From assembly GCA_003990765.1 (NCBI GenBank), contig RBNJ01000291.1:1-33939 (forward strand): DNA of 33,939 nt, in the 5' to 3' direction. Both the position numbers and the translations under genes were made by a program. The first letter of the stretch is position 1. Every line of letters begins with the position of its first letter. The DNA is from Jimgerdemannia flammicorona. Its lineage: Eukaryota. Below, in pieces: positions 23,614-33,624 of this stretch. The notes under the pieces were generated by a model. That model saw only the letters and a program-made list of their open reading frames with translations. It was not told the DNA's origin and did no database searches.

Positions 23614-24112
23614 CAACTGCCTTCAGACTCTTGTCCTCAGCTCATTTCAATCACTACCAGTTTCTCTACCCCAATTTTGAGAAATCAATGAGACTACCCT
23701 CCAGAGAATTCAGATTCATCAAGAGAATCTTATCTTGGCCAGATGATTGTTACAGGTCCATCAACTTCAGACCCATTATACAATTGGAGAACAATTGTAG
23801 AACCTCCCAGTCCTGGAACAAACATACATCAGAAATACTACAGGACTATCAAGAAGAGATATCACTACTGCAGACAGACTCTACACCCTTTATAAATGAA
23901 ACCCTGCAGCCCTGATACAAGCACAATTCTCCTGGTATGATGTACAAGAAATGAACCTAGCCACCTATATGAGTATCATCAATGCTGTCGAAATTCTGTT
24001 CCCAGAAGAAGAAGAAGAACCTTTGGAATAGAGCAACTATAGTATAGATAACAAAGATGATGGAATGGATATTGATGCAGAAGATACCTATCCACACTGG
24101 GATGAAGACTAA
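23610..24112 (+). pseudogene. Additional 3' ORF of the Gypsy family, function unknown, acidic C-terminus
   Basis: Open frame 23610-23915, then a frameshifted continuation DVQEMNLATYMSIINAVEILFPEEEEE..DIDAEDTYPHWDED. It matches copy C (29990-30380, minus) at protein level. The start is uncertain. Confidence 0.6.
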
Positions 24113-24140
24113 AGGACAGTCTGAGGACAGACCATCCTTT

Positions 24141-24152
24141 AGTAGGGGCTGA
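24141..24152 (+). other. Polypurine tract of copy A
   Basis: AGTAGGGGCTGA sits immediately before the TGTGA LTR start; a homologous tract is at 29912-29923 (minus). Confidence 0.65.
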
Positions 24153-26454
24153 TGTGATATACCAAAATGTACCACTTAAATTATAACTCAGATAACATGA
24201 ATATATAGTATAATAATCAGACACAGCAACTATTGCTGCAGAAAATTGTATAAATAGCCAGACTATCAGATAAGGTATATCTATATAGGACCTACATACT
24301 TGTGCCAGATCTGCATACTTGTACTAGACCTGCACAACTTGCTATAAGTAGCAAATCTATAGTTAGCTACATAGTAACTAGATAAACCACAATATATAAA
24401 ATATCTCAGAGATAAGAGTGAATAAACCTCAGTCTGAATTCAAAGCAAAAGATAAGTCTGTCTATTATACTTTGAGAGATATGTCTGCCAAAAGCCACTT
24501 GATCCAGAAAGAATTATAATACTTAGAAGAAACACCCACTCTACAGCCACTGCTAGGAGATTGTGAGCTTACTTTCTACTCCAGTCCACTTTCTGATACA
24601 AAGAAGAGTTATTATATATTTGGTTTGCTTGCCAGATAAGTCTGAAGAATCCAAGTTACTCATATTTCCAGAAAGCCTTAAGGAACCTTACCACAAGCCA
24701 GTCTCTTGATATAACTTTACAGTAATATATTTATACAAATGAAGCCAGTCTTTAATGCAACTTACTCAGAATCCATACTATCCAAGTTATTAGTTTGTTC
24801 TCAGTGAGCCCAGTACAGAAGAATCCACTACCAGTATAATTCCCAGTAAGCTGCCATTTTAGGAAAGCTGCACTTAAATTGAGTTATCTGCCAAATCACA
24901 TAAAAGTCTACTATGCTACATAGAGATCATTGCACTATACAGAGATTGTTATGCAGAAATTATATACTTTTGGAGATCATTACACTATACAGAGATTGTC
25001 ATGCAGAAAATCATATAAGAAGAACTGCTAAATTACTAGACCATATCACACCCAATCACCACTATACCCAGAGAACCATCCCAATTAGAAAATTGATATA
25101 TAAATTGCTTACAGATATCTAGCCTTGACTATTATATCACTAAACACTAAGAACATTTTATTGCTTTTAACAAAGTAACTGAGGACTTAAGCCAAACTAC
25201 ATCAACCCCCAACCTTGTAATTTGTCTCTATTTTTTTTTTTTTTTATGGACTCAGAGTCCTGCAGATTTTTATTAAAAGAGAATCTAGACTATATAGGCT
25301 AAAACTCTCTTCCACCATCCATCAAGCACTGCTCCCCCATTAATCTAGACTAGCTATTATCTAGCAGCTTGACTATGCTAGATGCAGTAGGGCCTATAGT
25401 GGTCCATATCTCATTCTATATATGTACTATGCTCTTCCTACCACTAGAGAGAACCCAGCTATATGTCAACAACTGAAAGCATATGCCCAAGACCCTATTA
25501 TATATATAAGGCCACACCTAAGTCAAATAGAATAGTCTCTGCCACCTCAAAGAGAATGACAGGTAAAGAAAAAACTCTCATCAAAGTACATTACAGTGGA
25601 TAGAGCCTGGTTCTCCCAGATGAGGTGAGTAGAGGACTTATATGTGAGGTGGGAGAAGACCCCCAATACCCCACTACTCAAGTCTGTAGGCCTCAATCAC
25701 ATTGCTATATCAGCTCTCAGTTCTAGTTGAGTACAGCTAAGACATCTGAAATGGATAGCCTTGGGCCCCCTAACCCCCCCCAATAACCAGGGCCCAACCC
25801 CACATATCACCAAAAGAGGCTGAGAGTGACACCTACTACCTAACCACTCAGTACCAATCAAAAGGCCCCACTAAAGCAGTACTCACTCCAGCCCCAACAA
25901 CCACCCCCAGCCTGGCATCCTACTGGTTCATCATAATTGCTCTTTCTCCTATCTATGATGGCCATCTCCCCTCTCATTCTGACAACACCTGAAAAACAGT
26001 CATCTACACTAGAACCATACTTGCCAGAAAGCTTGCTAAAGCCAGAGGGCCCCACTACAGGCACTGAGGACCTACAGGTAACCTATACTAGACACTTGAT
26101 GCCCAAGGTCAGCCAACTTCCTACATAACCCATGATGTACTGAGACAGCACCTTGTTGGTGATGGCAAAAGGAAGAAGGTGCCACACCAAAATGAGTATA
26201 CCTCAGATATAGCTGAAGGTATCAGAATTCATGAAAAAGTAGAGAAAATACTGATTGGACACTGATAAAAGAGCAACTTATCACCATAGCCACCCTCCCA
26301 CCATGCCCTTGCAGGCACAGCAAACTAACCCAAGGTAGAGGGGGTAACAATAGAGGAAAGGGGACTCAGAAGGTTGCCTACCAAACCTTGTGACTGGTAA
26401 GGTAGCAGAGAAAGGAGCATGGTAATTTGCCTCCATTGAGCCAAGCACGTTACA
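24153..26454 (+). repeat. 3' LTR of Gypsy copy A, interrupted near its end by the 25231-26421 insertion
   Basis: 24153-25230 aligns with the 5' LTR. The LTR resumes at 26422 (gtaatttgcctccattgagccaagcacgttaca) and ends in CA at 26454, followed by the ATAG TSD. Confidence 0.9.
25231..26421 (-). mobile_element. Poly(A)-tailed retro-insertion with a ~16-bp TSD, probably a 5'-truncated LINE of a different family
   Basis: T15 lies at 25231-25245 and a minus-strand AATAAA at 25269-25274. The TSD copies are gtaatttgtctctatt (25217-25232) and gtaatttgcctccatt (26422-26437). A possible decayed ..FFFTC zinc-finger end lies near 25560-25600. It does not match the other LINE 3' ends by eye. Confidence 0.65.
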
Positions 26455-26793
26455 ATAGTTATGACACATGGGCTGATGTCAACTCTGGTAAATGGTTCTC
26501 TATCGCACATGCTGACCAATGCCCACTATTGAACCTTTCTCCTTTTCAGCAGATACCATTACACATATAAATCCGCAAATGTTGCACGATGCGAGAGCGA
26601 CACTGCAATCGTTTAATATTGTTTGGGATATGATATTGTAATGATACGCCTATCGACAGTGGTCAAAAAAGCTACCAAACGATCGTGCATTACAGTCATG
26701 ACAACGACATCAAAAATATTGGTGTACTACGGAATGGAAAGAATGAAACTGCAAAATTATGATGACACCAAAAATGCACGAACCGACCTAAAA

Positions 26794-28272
26794 CTAAACA
26801 AACTCGCATGAGGCTCCATCAGGAAGCGAAGCAGAGGGATAAACCAGCTGGGGAAGATCCTTCCACACAACATTTTGGTCAATACCGTTTACCAAGAACG
26901 TACAAGCTCGTGATGTCATGTTTGCACGGAAGGTGATGGTGGCTCCTTCAAGCGACGAAATATTGTGCGTAATCATCCCTGCACCAGTTGCATATCCTGT
27001 TCCAGTAATACACCATTGACCGAGGGCAACACCGTGTGCACCGTCCGAACCTGCCAATCCGATCGAGAACAGACTTTGAGTGGAGGAGTTATTGCCGATA
27101 GTATGAACTATAATGCCCCATTCAATCAACTCCGCGGTAGGCAACGCCGAATCTGAAATAATTTGAAGACACGTGGGAATTCCATCGCCATACGAATGGT
27201 ATCTTCCTCCTCCGATTCGATTGTAATAGTGAGTGTTGGTGACTGTGCTCTTGTTTTCTGATAATTGCAAGTACGATGCATAGGGGCTGTCACTGGCCAC
27301 ATTCCAAGTAAATCGGATTTTTTGAAAGGCCGCTACACACTTAAATACGTCGAATTCCACGTGTTCACGAAAAGCGGCACAGAGAATGTTGTCCGGGATG
27401 AATGTCATGATGTCCACGATGGCCGCAAGTTGGTGAAGGCACATCGCTCCGAATGGAATATTTTTGACGACTGGCATGATGACCTTCCCAATGTCCTCGA
27501 TTGCCTTGCTGGAAATACCATAGTCGGATGGCGTCACCTTCTTTTCACGCCGGTCGTGAGGATTATTAAGGAACGCGAGTAAATTTTTGCGGTCTTCATC
27601 CTCCGACGTCTTGCCGACTATCTCGAACGCCCAGTCAACGACGGACTTAAACAAATCGAAGCTGGTTGTAGGACTGTCCTTTGCGGCGTTAATGTCCGCC
27701 AAAAGAACTTTCAAAGCAGGCCTTGAGAGAGATGCGAGTTGGCCCTCCACAAGCTTTCTGCTGAGAAAGTACTGGCGAATGGCCACAAACAGAGCATTGT
27801 CCTCGGCGTTCGTCTCGAAGGTTTCGACGGCTTTGGACAGCATCCTGCCGGCGGAGGCAAAATCGGCGAGGTTCACTTTGACATAGTCGACGACGATCTC
27901 CTGAAGGCGGCGCAGGATGAAAAATTCGGCAGCCATAAACACTTCGACGGCGTTCTCGAAGGTGAGTGAGGGTGTCTCCTCCGTGTAGCAGTACTCGAGA
28001 ACAACGGCGAACTGGACCGAGGTGATCTCTGGCAGCGAGACCTTGTTGGAACTTGACTCACGCAGAAGGTTGCGCAGCATTTCGGACCGAATCGCCAGCA
28101 AGAGCCGCGAAGCGTACATCTTCTCGCCGTCCTTGCAAGTGAAGGTCACGTCGCTATAGTCGGGGCTGTTGAGGGATGCTTTAAGGTCTTGCTTCAGGTT
28201 GAGGCCGGGCTCGGTTTTAGGCATTTCGGCGGATTTTTGAGCCGCTGGGGCAGTCTTGCGATTCTTAACCAT
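26794..28272 (-). CDS. BTB/POZ domain protein with a BACK-like helical region and a C-terminal SPRY/B30.2-like (ConA-fold) domain, 492 aa; likely Cullin-3 substrate adaptor
   Basis: Uninterrupted ORF from the first ATG (MVKNRK). The BTB reads YSDVTFTCKDGEKMYASRLLLAIRSEMLRNLL..VSLPEI..FAVVLEYCYT..NAVEVFMAAEFFIL. The SPRY-like part reads LQLSENKSTVTN..IEWGIIV..SIGLA..GATITFRANMTSRACTFLVNG..WKDLPQLVYPSASL. CpG content is normal and no intron is needed. Confidence 0.88.
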   Translation of the reverse strand: MVKNRKTAPAAQKSAEMPKTEPGLNLKQDLKASLNSPDYSDVTFTCKDGEKMYASRLLLAIRSEMLRNLLRESSSNKVSLPEITSVQFAVVLEYCYTEETPSLTFENAVEVFMAAEFFILRRLQEIVVDYVKVNLADFASAGRMLSKAVETFETNAEDNALFVAIRQYFLSRKLVEGQLASLSRPALKVLLADINAAKDSPTTSFDLFKSVVDWAFEIVGKTSEDEDRKNLLAFLNNPHDRREKKVTPSDYGISSKAIEDIGKVIMPVVKNIPFGAMCLHQLAAIVDIMTFIPDNILCAAFREHVEFDVFKCVAAFQKIRFTWNVASDSPYASYLQLSENKSTVTNTHYYNRIGGGRYHSYGDGIPTCLQIISDSALPTAELIEWGIIVHTIGNNSSTQSLFSIGLAGSDGAHGVALGQWCITGTGYATGAGMITHNISSLEGATITFRANMTSRACTFLVNGIDQNVVWKDLPQLVYPSASLPDGASCEFV

Positions 28273-28723
28273 GTTGTAGCAGTTGAGGACGCGCGAATAT
28301 TCCAACAAAACAGGTTACGGCCTTTGCCGAATCGCCAACTGAAAAGCCACACATAATTATCGACCAATATCATTTTCAACCAACTTTTAATAAGCCACTT
28401 AGGAACATCTTAAAACTCATATATATGTCCATTTATACATAGCTGTATAATCCATATGGTCTCTATCATGTCGCGGTTTGTAAAATTATGATATAGTTAT
28501 ATATATATTTTACTTTAAAAGTATAAATATATATTACTCTGACTACTAAGTAATATATTTTATATAATAGTATAGTAATTTTTAATTATTTTAAATTCAT
28601 TTAATTAAGTCTATCTTATTAATTTAAATATATTTAATTAAAATTAAATTAATATTACACAGTGTATTCCAAAACTGAATCAATGTTTTATTAAATTTTA
28701 TATTTTAATTATTTTAAATATAT

Positions 28724-29911
28724 TATAATGTACTGACTCAATAGAGGTAAATTACAAAGTTGAAAGTACTATGTAGTTTGGCTTGAGCCTCTAGTTACTT
28801 TATCAAAAAAGCAACAAAATGTTCTGTAATTCCTGATGTTGATATTTAGCAATATAGTAGTCAAATCTAGATATAATAGTCAGTTTTCTTATTAAGACAG
28901 TTCTTAAGTATAGTAGCAATTTATATATAATATAAGTGAGTTTTCTTATACAATTTTATAATAATCTCTATATAGTATGAGTGGATTTCTTATGTGACTT
29001 CTTGATAATCTCTATATAGTATGAGTAAATTTCTTATATAATTTCTGTATAATGATTATATTTTCAAAAGTATGTAATTTCTAATATAATAATTTTGATA
29101 GACTTTCTTATCAGATAGTAGATTACTGAAAAATAATAGACAATATAGATTCTTTCTAAATTAGCAGGCTTCTTGAATAATAACTTAGATAACTTAGATG
29201 GTAGATGATACAGATTCTTTCTAAATTGATAAATTTCTTAAATAACTTAGATAGTATAGATAACTTAATCAGCAGATAGCTTGATAACTCAAATAGTATA
29301 GATTCTTTCTAAATTAGTGAGTTTTTCAAATAGTGATAGAGTTTTTAAGCAAAGTTATATCAAAGACTAATTTATTTATATAAGATTATATTAAGAGACT
29401 AGGTTTACTATAAAGTTAAATCAAATAAACTAGCTTGAGACAAGGTTCTAATAGTATATTTCTCTTAATATAATAACTTTTCCTTAAGTAGTAGATTTCT
29501 CTTCAAATGGTGAAGTTCTTTACTTAAACTTGACAAATTCAGACTTTATATCAGAAAGTAAACTAGAGTAGAAATATATTTAGAATTTCAGACTGAGGTT
29601 TATTTACTCTTATCTCTGGAGTATTTTATATATACAAGTTAGTTTATATCTGGTTGCTATATGGCTAACTATAGGTTTTACTATTTAGAGATAAATATTT
29701 ACTATACTGCAGATATCTATTATATAGTAGATATCTACTATATATATAGTGAATATATACTATATAGTAGATATCTACTATCTAGCAGATATGTATTTAC
29801 TATCTATTTTCTTTTAGGCTATCTGGTTATTTATATAATTTCTATAGTAACAGAATAACTATAGTATTATATTTCATTATCTAGTTATACTATATTGTTT
29901 GATATATTATA
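28724..29911 (-). repeat. 3' LTR of Gypsy copy C (~1.19 kb), with ~18-bp tandem repeats at ~29700-29795
   Basis: Termini were inferred by alignment to the other LTRs (TG..CA decayed to TA..TA). The PPT is adjacent at 29912. Confidence 0.75.
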
Positions 29912-30386
29912 TTAGCTCCTACTAAAGGGTAGTTTATTCCAGACTATTCTTTAGTTATTATTCTAATATCCATAGATATCTTCTTTATCTACTCCTATAC
30001 TATTATCTCTTTCTATATCTGAGTTACTCTATTCTAATTCTGGGTCATCTTCTTATTCTTTAGAAAATAGGATATCTACTTATTAGAGAATGCTCTAAAA
30101 GGTTATCTCATTTATCTGATAAATATCAGTTAGACAAAAGTAGGCTTATACTGATTATAAAAAAAAAAAAAAAAAAGTATATATATCAGAGCTCCTTCAT
30201 TTCATTTATATAAGATGTAGAGCCTTTTTATGGTTTGAGCTTCTCAGTAGATTATATTAGCTGATCCTCTTATATATAGTTATTCTTATAATAGTTATCT
30301 GATATTATAGAAGGCCTGTAGGTAATAGATCTATAGCAATCTCTGGGTAATAGTAAGGCTTTCTTAGTATCTTTGAATTAACTATA
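28724..30386 (-). mobile_element. Gypsy copy C (diverged relative of A/B): end of the extra 3' ORF, PPT and 3' LTR, very AT-shifted, cut off by the Harbinger element
   Basis: 28724 onward aligns with 8827 onward (..ctcaatagagg.aaattacaa..gtttggcttgagcc..). 29912-30110 aligns with the reverse complement of ~23940-24152. Confidence 0.85.
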
Positions 30387-30645
30387 TTAGAGCATCTCTA
30401 CTAGGAGGGTTAAATTTAGGGGTAAATTACACCCAAAGATAAGGCTTATTCTGATACTTTTATTTTATTTAGTTCTAGTAAGACCAGCATGCACACCATG
30501 GTCAGGGCTAAATAGAGGATCAAACTAAAGATATATCAGCATGTGACTTTATGCTATTATATCAATTGTATCATAGTATCTAAAAGTGTGTTATTTATAT
30601 TATTAATAAATTGCTTCTTCTGTCTGTTCTCTAGTTTATATGCTA

Positions 30646-31845
30646 TGCCAAATGCAGGTACAAGTACAAGCATATCAAATATGAGCAGCTCTGTCAACAG
30701 ATTCAAGATAGACAGAGTCATCATCAGCCTGCTTGGCAAAAAAACCCACTAATAGTGACAAAGAAGTCCTCTCTGGTGGCAGAGAGCGATTACCAAGACA
30801 CCCACTCAGGTGGTAGAGGCAATTATGAAAAGATCAATAAGACTGACAAGGCCATAGAAAAGACTAACAAGATCAAAAGCATGGATGAGATAAATGTCAA
30901 CAAGGTCAATGAAGATAAACCCAAGCTAAGCATGGTCAACCATTTGAAGGTAACTGTAATTATTATTATGAGAAACATAGATACTATGAATGTGAATGCC
31001 ACAAAAAGAATCATAACAATCATGATGGTGAAAAATAATTATCATAGCAATCATGAGTAATGCCAGCTCTATGCAAATACTACTAAAAACATGGTAATAA
31101 GTACTACAACAGTAAGCTCAACTAGTATAAGTTCTGTCAACCTGATATCTACAAATCTGGTCTGGGGAACATTTTATAAGGACAAAAAGTAGTGATGTCA
31201 ACAGTATAGACATTACTATCAGTATGAGTACTACCAATAATTCTATGAGCAGCACCAACAGCAAGAGTGCCAATAATGTGAGTACCACCAATAGCATATA
31301 TTTGAAAGGTGTAATGATATGTAGATTATGGAATCCTTAGAAATAGCATATAGTTATATCATGTAATGTATAGTTTAAGGAGAACAACTACATTGAGATT
31401 CCTACACCCAATCTGATACCAACTATATTCCCCAAAAATATGGCAACAAGTACTGCAAACTACATCACAGACATTACCAGCAACTACTAAAAGTACCACA
31501 GATAATACCAGTAGTGCCAATTAAACAATCAGACACTACAACCAGTACTAGCAATATCTCCAGCAAAAGAGCAACAAAAGCTGAAACAACTACCAGTAAC
31601 AACATATTTGAGACAACAACCAGCATCATCTATAAGGCCATCTGAGTCTAGAATAACTGAAATCAAGGATGACAGCAAACCCTCTGATGATGAGGAATCC
31701 TCCCTGAAGGGTAAGCAAAAGTACAAGTCCAGGATATAGAGGTCCAGGGTGTGGAATGAAGTATGTGACAATCTGGCGAAATACTGGAATGACCCAGAGA
31801 CTCTCTGATACAATAGATATTACAGAAATGATAGTGAATTAAGTG
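30646..31845 (+). pseudogene. Decayed, probably intron-containing second ORF or cargo of the Harbinger element (T/S/N-rich)
   Basis: Gene-like frames such as ENNYIEIPTPNLIPTIFPKNMATS..RSRVWNEVCDNLAKYWNDPETL, with stops at expected deamination sites. A possible intron lies at ~31309-31379. No family was recognised. Confidence 0.35.
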
Positions 31846-32319
31846 GGAGTAACAGTATATAGTTATTTAGCTCCTATGACACTGACTGGTAACCTCAACA
31901 AATGGCTACCTGGAATATATCTCTACAAGCAGATATTACATACATTGGCTATATCTCTCATCTACAAGTGGATCACATATATTGCATTTCTTATAAGTAT
32001 TTTGGAATATTTTTCAACCCATGAAAATTTTCTAAATAGTTATAATTTGGGTTATATATACTTCTAGTTTTCCATGCATTATGTATTGTATTTCTTACAG
32101 TTTGTAGTTTTCTTTTTTTGTATATATATCTTATTGAGCAGAAGTGTTGAGATGACAACTTGATATGTCAGTATATGACTTTATACTATTATATCAATTG
32201 TACATCATTAATATCATAGCACCTAAAAGTGTATTATTTGTATTATTAATAAATTGCTTCTTCTGTCCATTCTCTAAAATCTCATTATACAATAGTTTGC
32301 TACAGATATTTCATTTGCC

Positions 32320-33581
32320 ATGAATTCTGACTCTGATTTCTTGATGATAGAGAAGCCCAGCAAGCTATTGTTCTCCTTGTAGTAGAAAATTTGCTTAAAG
32401 AATAGCTCAACTATGGTGGCTCACATCTGGGCAGAGCTCCAAATGTGGATTGAGATATCCAGTAAGGTCACAAGTATATCATTAAGGACTACTTTGCTCC
32501 AGAGCCAGTCTACAATAAAAAGGTCTTCTGCTGATGCTTCAGAATGTACCATTTGCTCTTCCTCTATATTGTAGAAGCCATAGAGGCTTATGATGTCTAC
32601 TTCTAGCAGAAATCTGATGCCCTAGGAAATCTCAGGCTTTTGCCCATCCAGAAATGTACCACAGCTATCTGCCAGCTGGCATATGGAATGCCAGCTGATG
32701 CTATTGATGAATATATGCAGATTGCTGAGACTATAGCCATCAAGAGTCTGAAATACTTCTGCCAAGCTATCATTCATATATTTGGTGATAAGTATCTGTA
32801 CAGCCTCAACTAGGATGATATGGAATGACTTCTGACAGTCAGCAAACAGCAAGGCTTTCCTGGCATATTGGGCAGTCTTAACTGTATGCACTGGAATTGA
32901 AAAAACTATCTAATAGCCTGACAGGGCCAGTATACTGGTAAAGAAATAAGCCCAACTATCATTCTTGAAGCTGTTGCCTCATATGACCTGTAGATATGTC
33001 ATGTTTTTTTTGGAATACCAGGATCCCATAATAATATCAATATCCTGGACAGGTCTCTACTTTTTGCAGAGCTGCAGAATGATTGAACATCTGCTATAAT
33101 GTTCAGAGTCAATAGTCACAAGTATCAAATGAGATATTTTCTCACAGATAGCATTTATTCCTCTTGGGCAACACTGGTCTAGACCATTTCACAGCCCCAA
33201 GGAGCAAAGAAGAAATACTTTACCATAATGCAAGAAGCAGTCAGGAAGGACATAGAGAGAGCATTTTGTATTCTGCAAGTCAGATTCACCATTGTCTCTG
33301 GTCCTACTTATTTTTGGTGAAAAGAGGACCTGAGTGACATTATGACTATGTATATTATTTTATACAACATGATTATTGAAGATGAACATGAAATTCATGA
33401 ACTAGATTTCAATTATGACCTGTCCTCATCCTTTTCAGTTTCCCCTCCTTCTCATGAGGCAAACTGTATATTTGACAAGTTTGTATATTAATATCGGAGT
33501 ATTCAAATCTCTACAATATACTACTAGCTTCAAAATGACCTCATTGAACATCTTTAGCAATAGAAGAGAGAAAAGGAGTAA
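32320..33581 (+). pseudogene. PIF/Harbinger (IS5-like DDE) transposase
   Basis: Motifs are DYFAPEPVY, FRM, QKCTTAICQLAYGMPADAIDEY, GFPGILGSLNCMHW, PTIILEAVASYDL, FFGIPGSHNNINILDRS, QEAVRKDIERAF.ILQ.RF, ILYNMIIEDE and LQNDLIEHL. It has several in-frame stops and a frameshift just after the ATG. Confidence 0.92.
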
Positions 33582-33624
33582 AATAGTAAAAATAAGTCAG
33601 AAGAGAATAAGTAGTTTATTAGTA

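Larger units (their letters stand above)
14861..26454 (+). mobile_element. Complete (decayed) dUTPase-encoding Ty3/Gypsy LTR retrotransposon, copy A, with two nested poly(A) insertions
   Basis: Has two homologous LTRs, a TSD ATAG (14857-14860 and 26455-26458), a PBS, a PPT and the order gag-PR-dUTPase-RT-RH-INT. Confidence 0.93.
30390..33624 (+). mobile_element. PIF/Harbinger DNA transposon (left TIR seen, right end not within the window)
   Basis: TTA (30387-30389) followed by GAGCATCTCTA.. resembles the PIF/Tourist-type terminus GAGCATCTCCA with a TTA/TAA target. It coincides with the break in Gypsy copy C, and a transposase lies at 32320-33581. Confidence 0.7.

Noticed and set aside
23610..24112. 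Calling the extra ORF an env gene or a chromodomain
   Set aside because: It has no signal peptide or transmembrane stretch and no YEVE.I/YLVKW pattern, and it is too short for env.
26965..27969. Plus-strand ORFs overlapping the BTB gene
   Set aside because: Antisense shadows of a GC-balanced CDS with no recognisable motifs.
28273..28308. TTG-initiated N-terminal extension of the BTB ORF
   Set aside because: Eukaryotic context; the first ATG at 28272 (aacATGG) is the more plausible start.
28480..28723. Extremely AT-rich tract as a MITE or origin
   Set aside because: No clear terminal repeats or TSD were found; it is more likely decayed repeat or promoter-flanking DNA.
30130..30176. A18 run preceded by tgattat as a tiny LINE 3' remnant (similarly T14 at 11789-11802)
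   Set aside because: There is only weak similarity to the LINE terminus (tgactat) and no convincing TSD, so it could be slippage.
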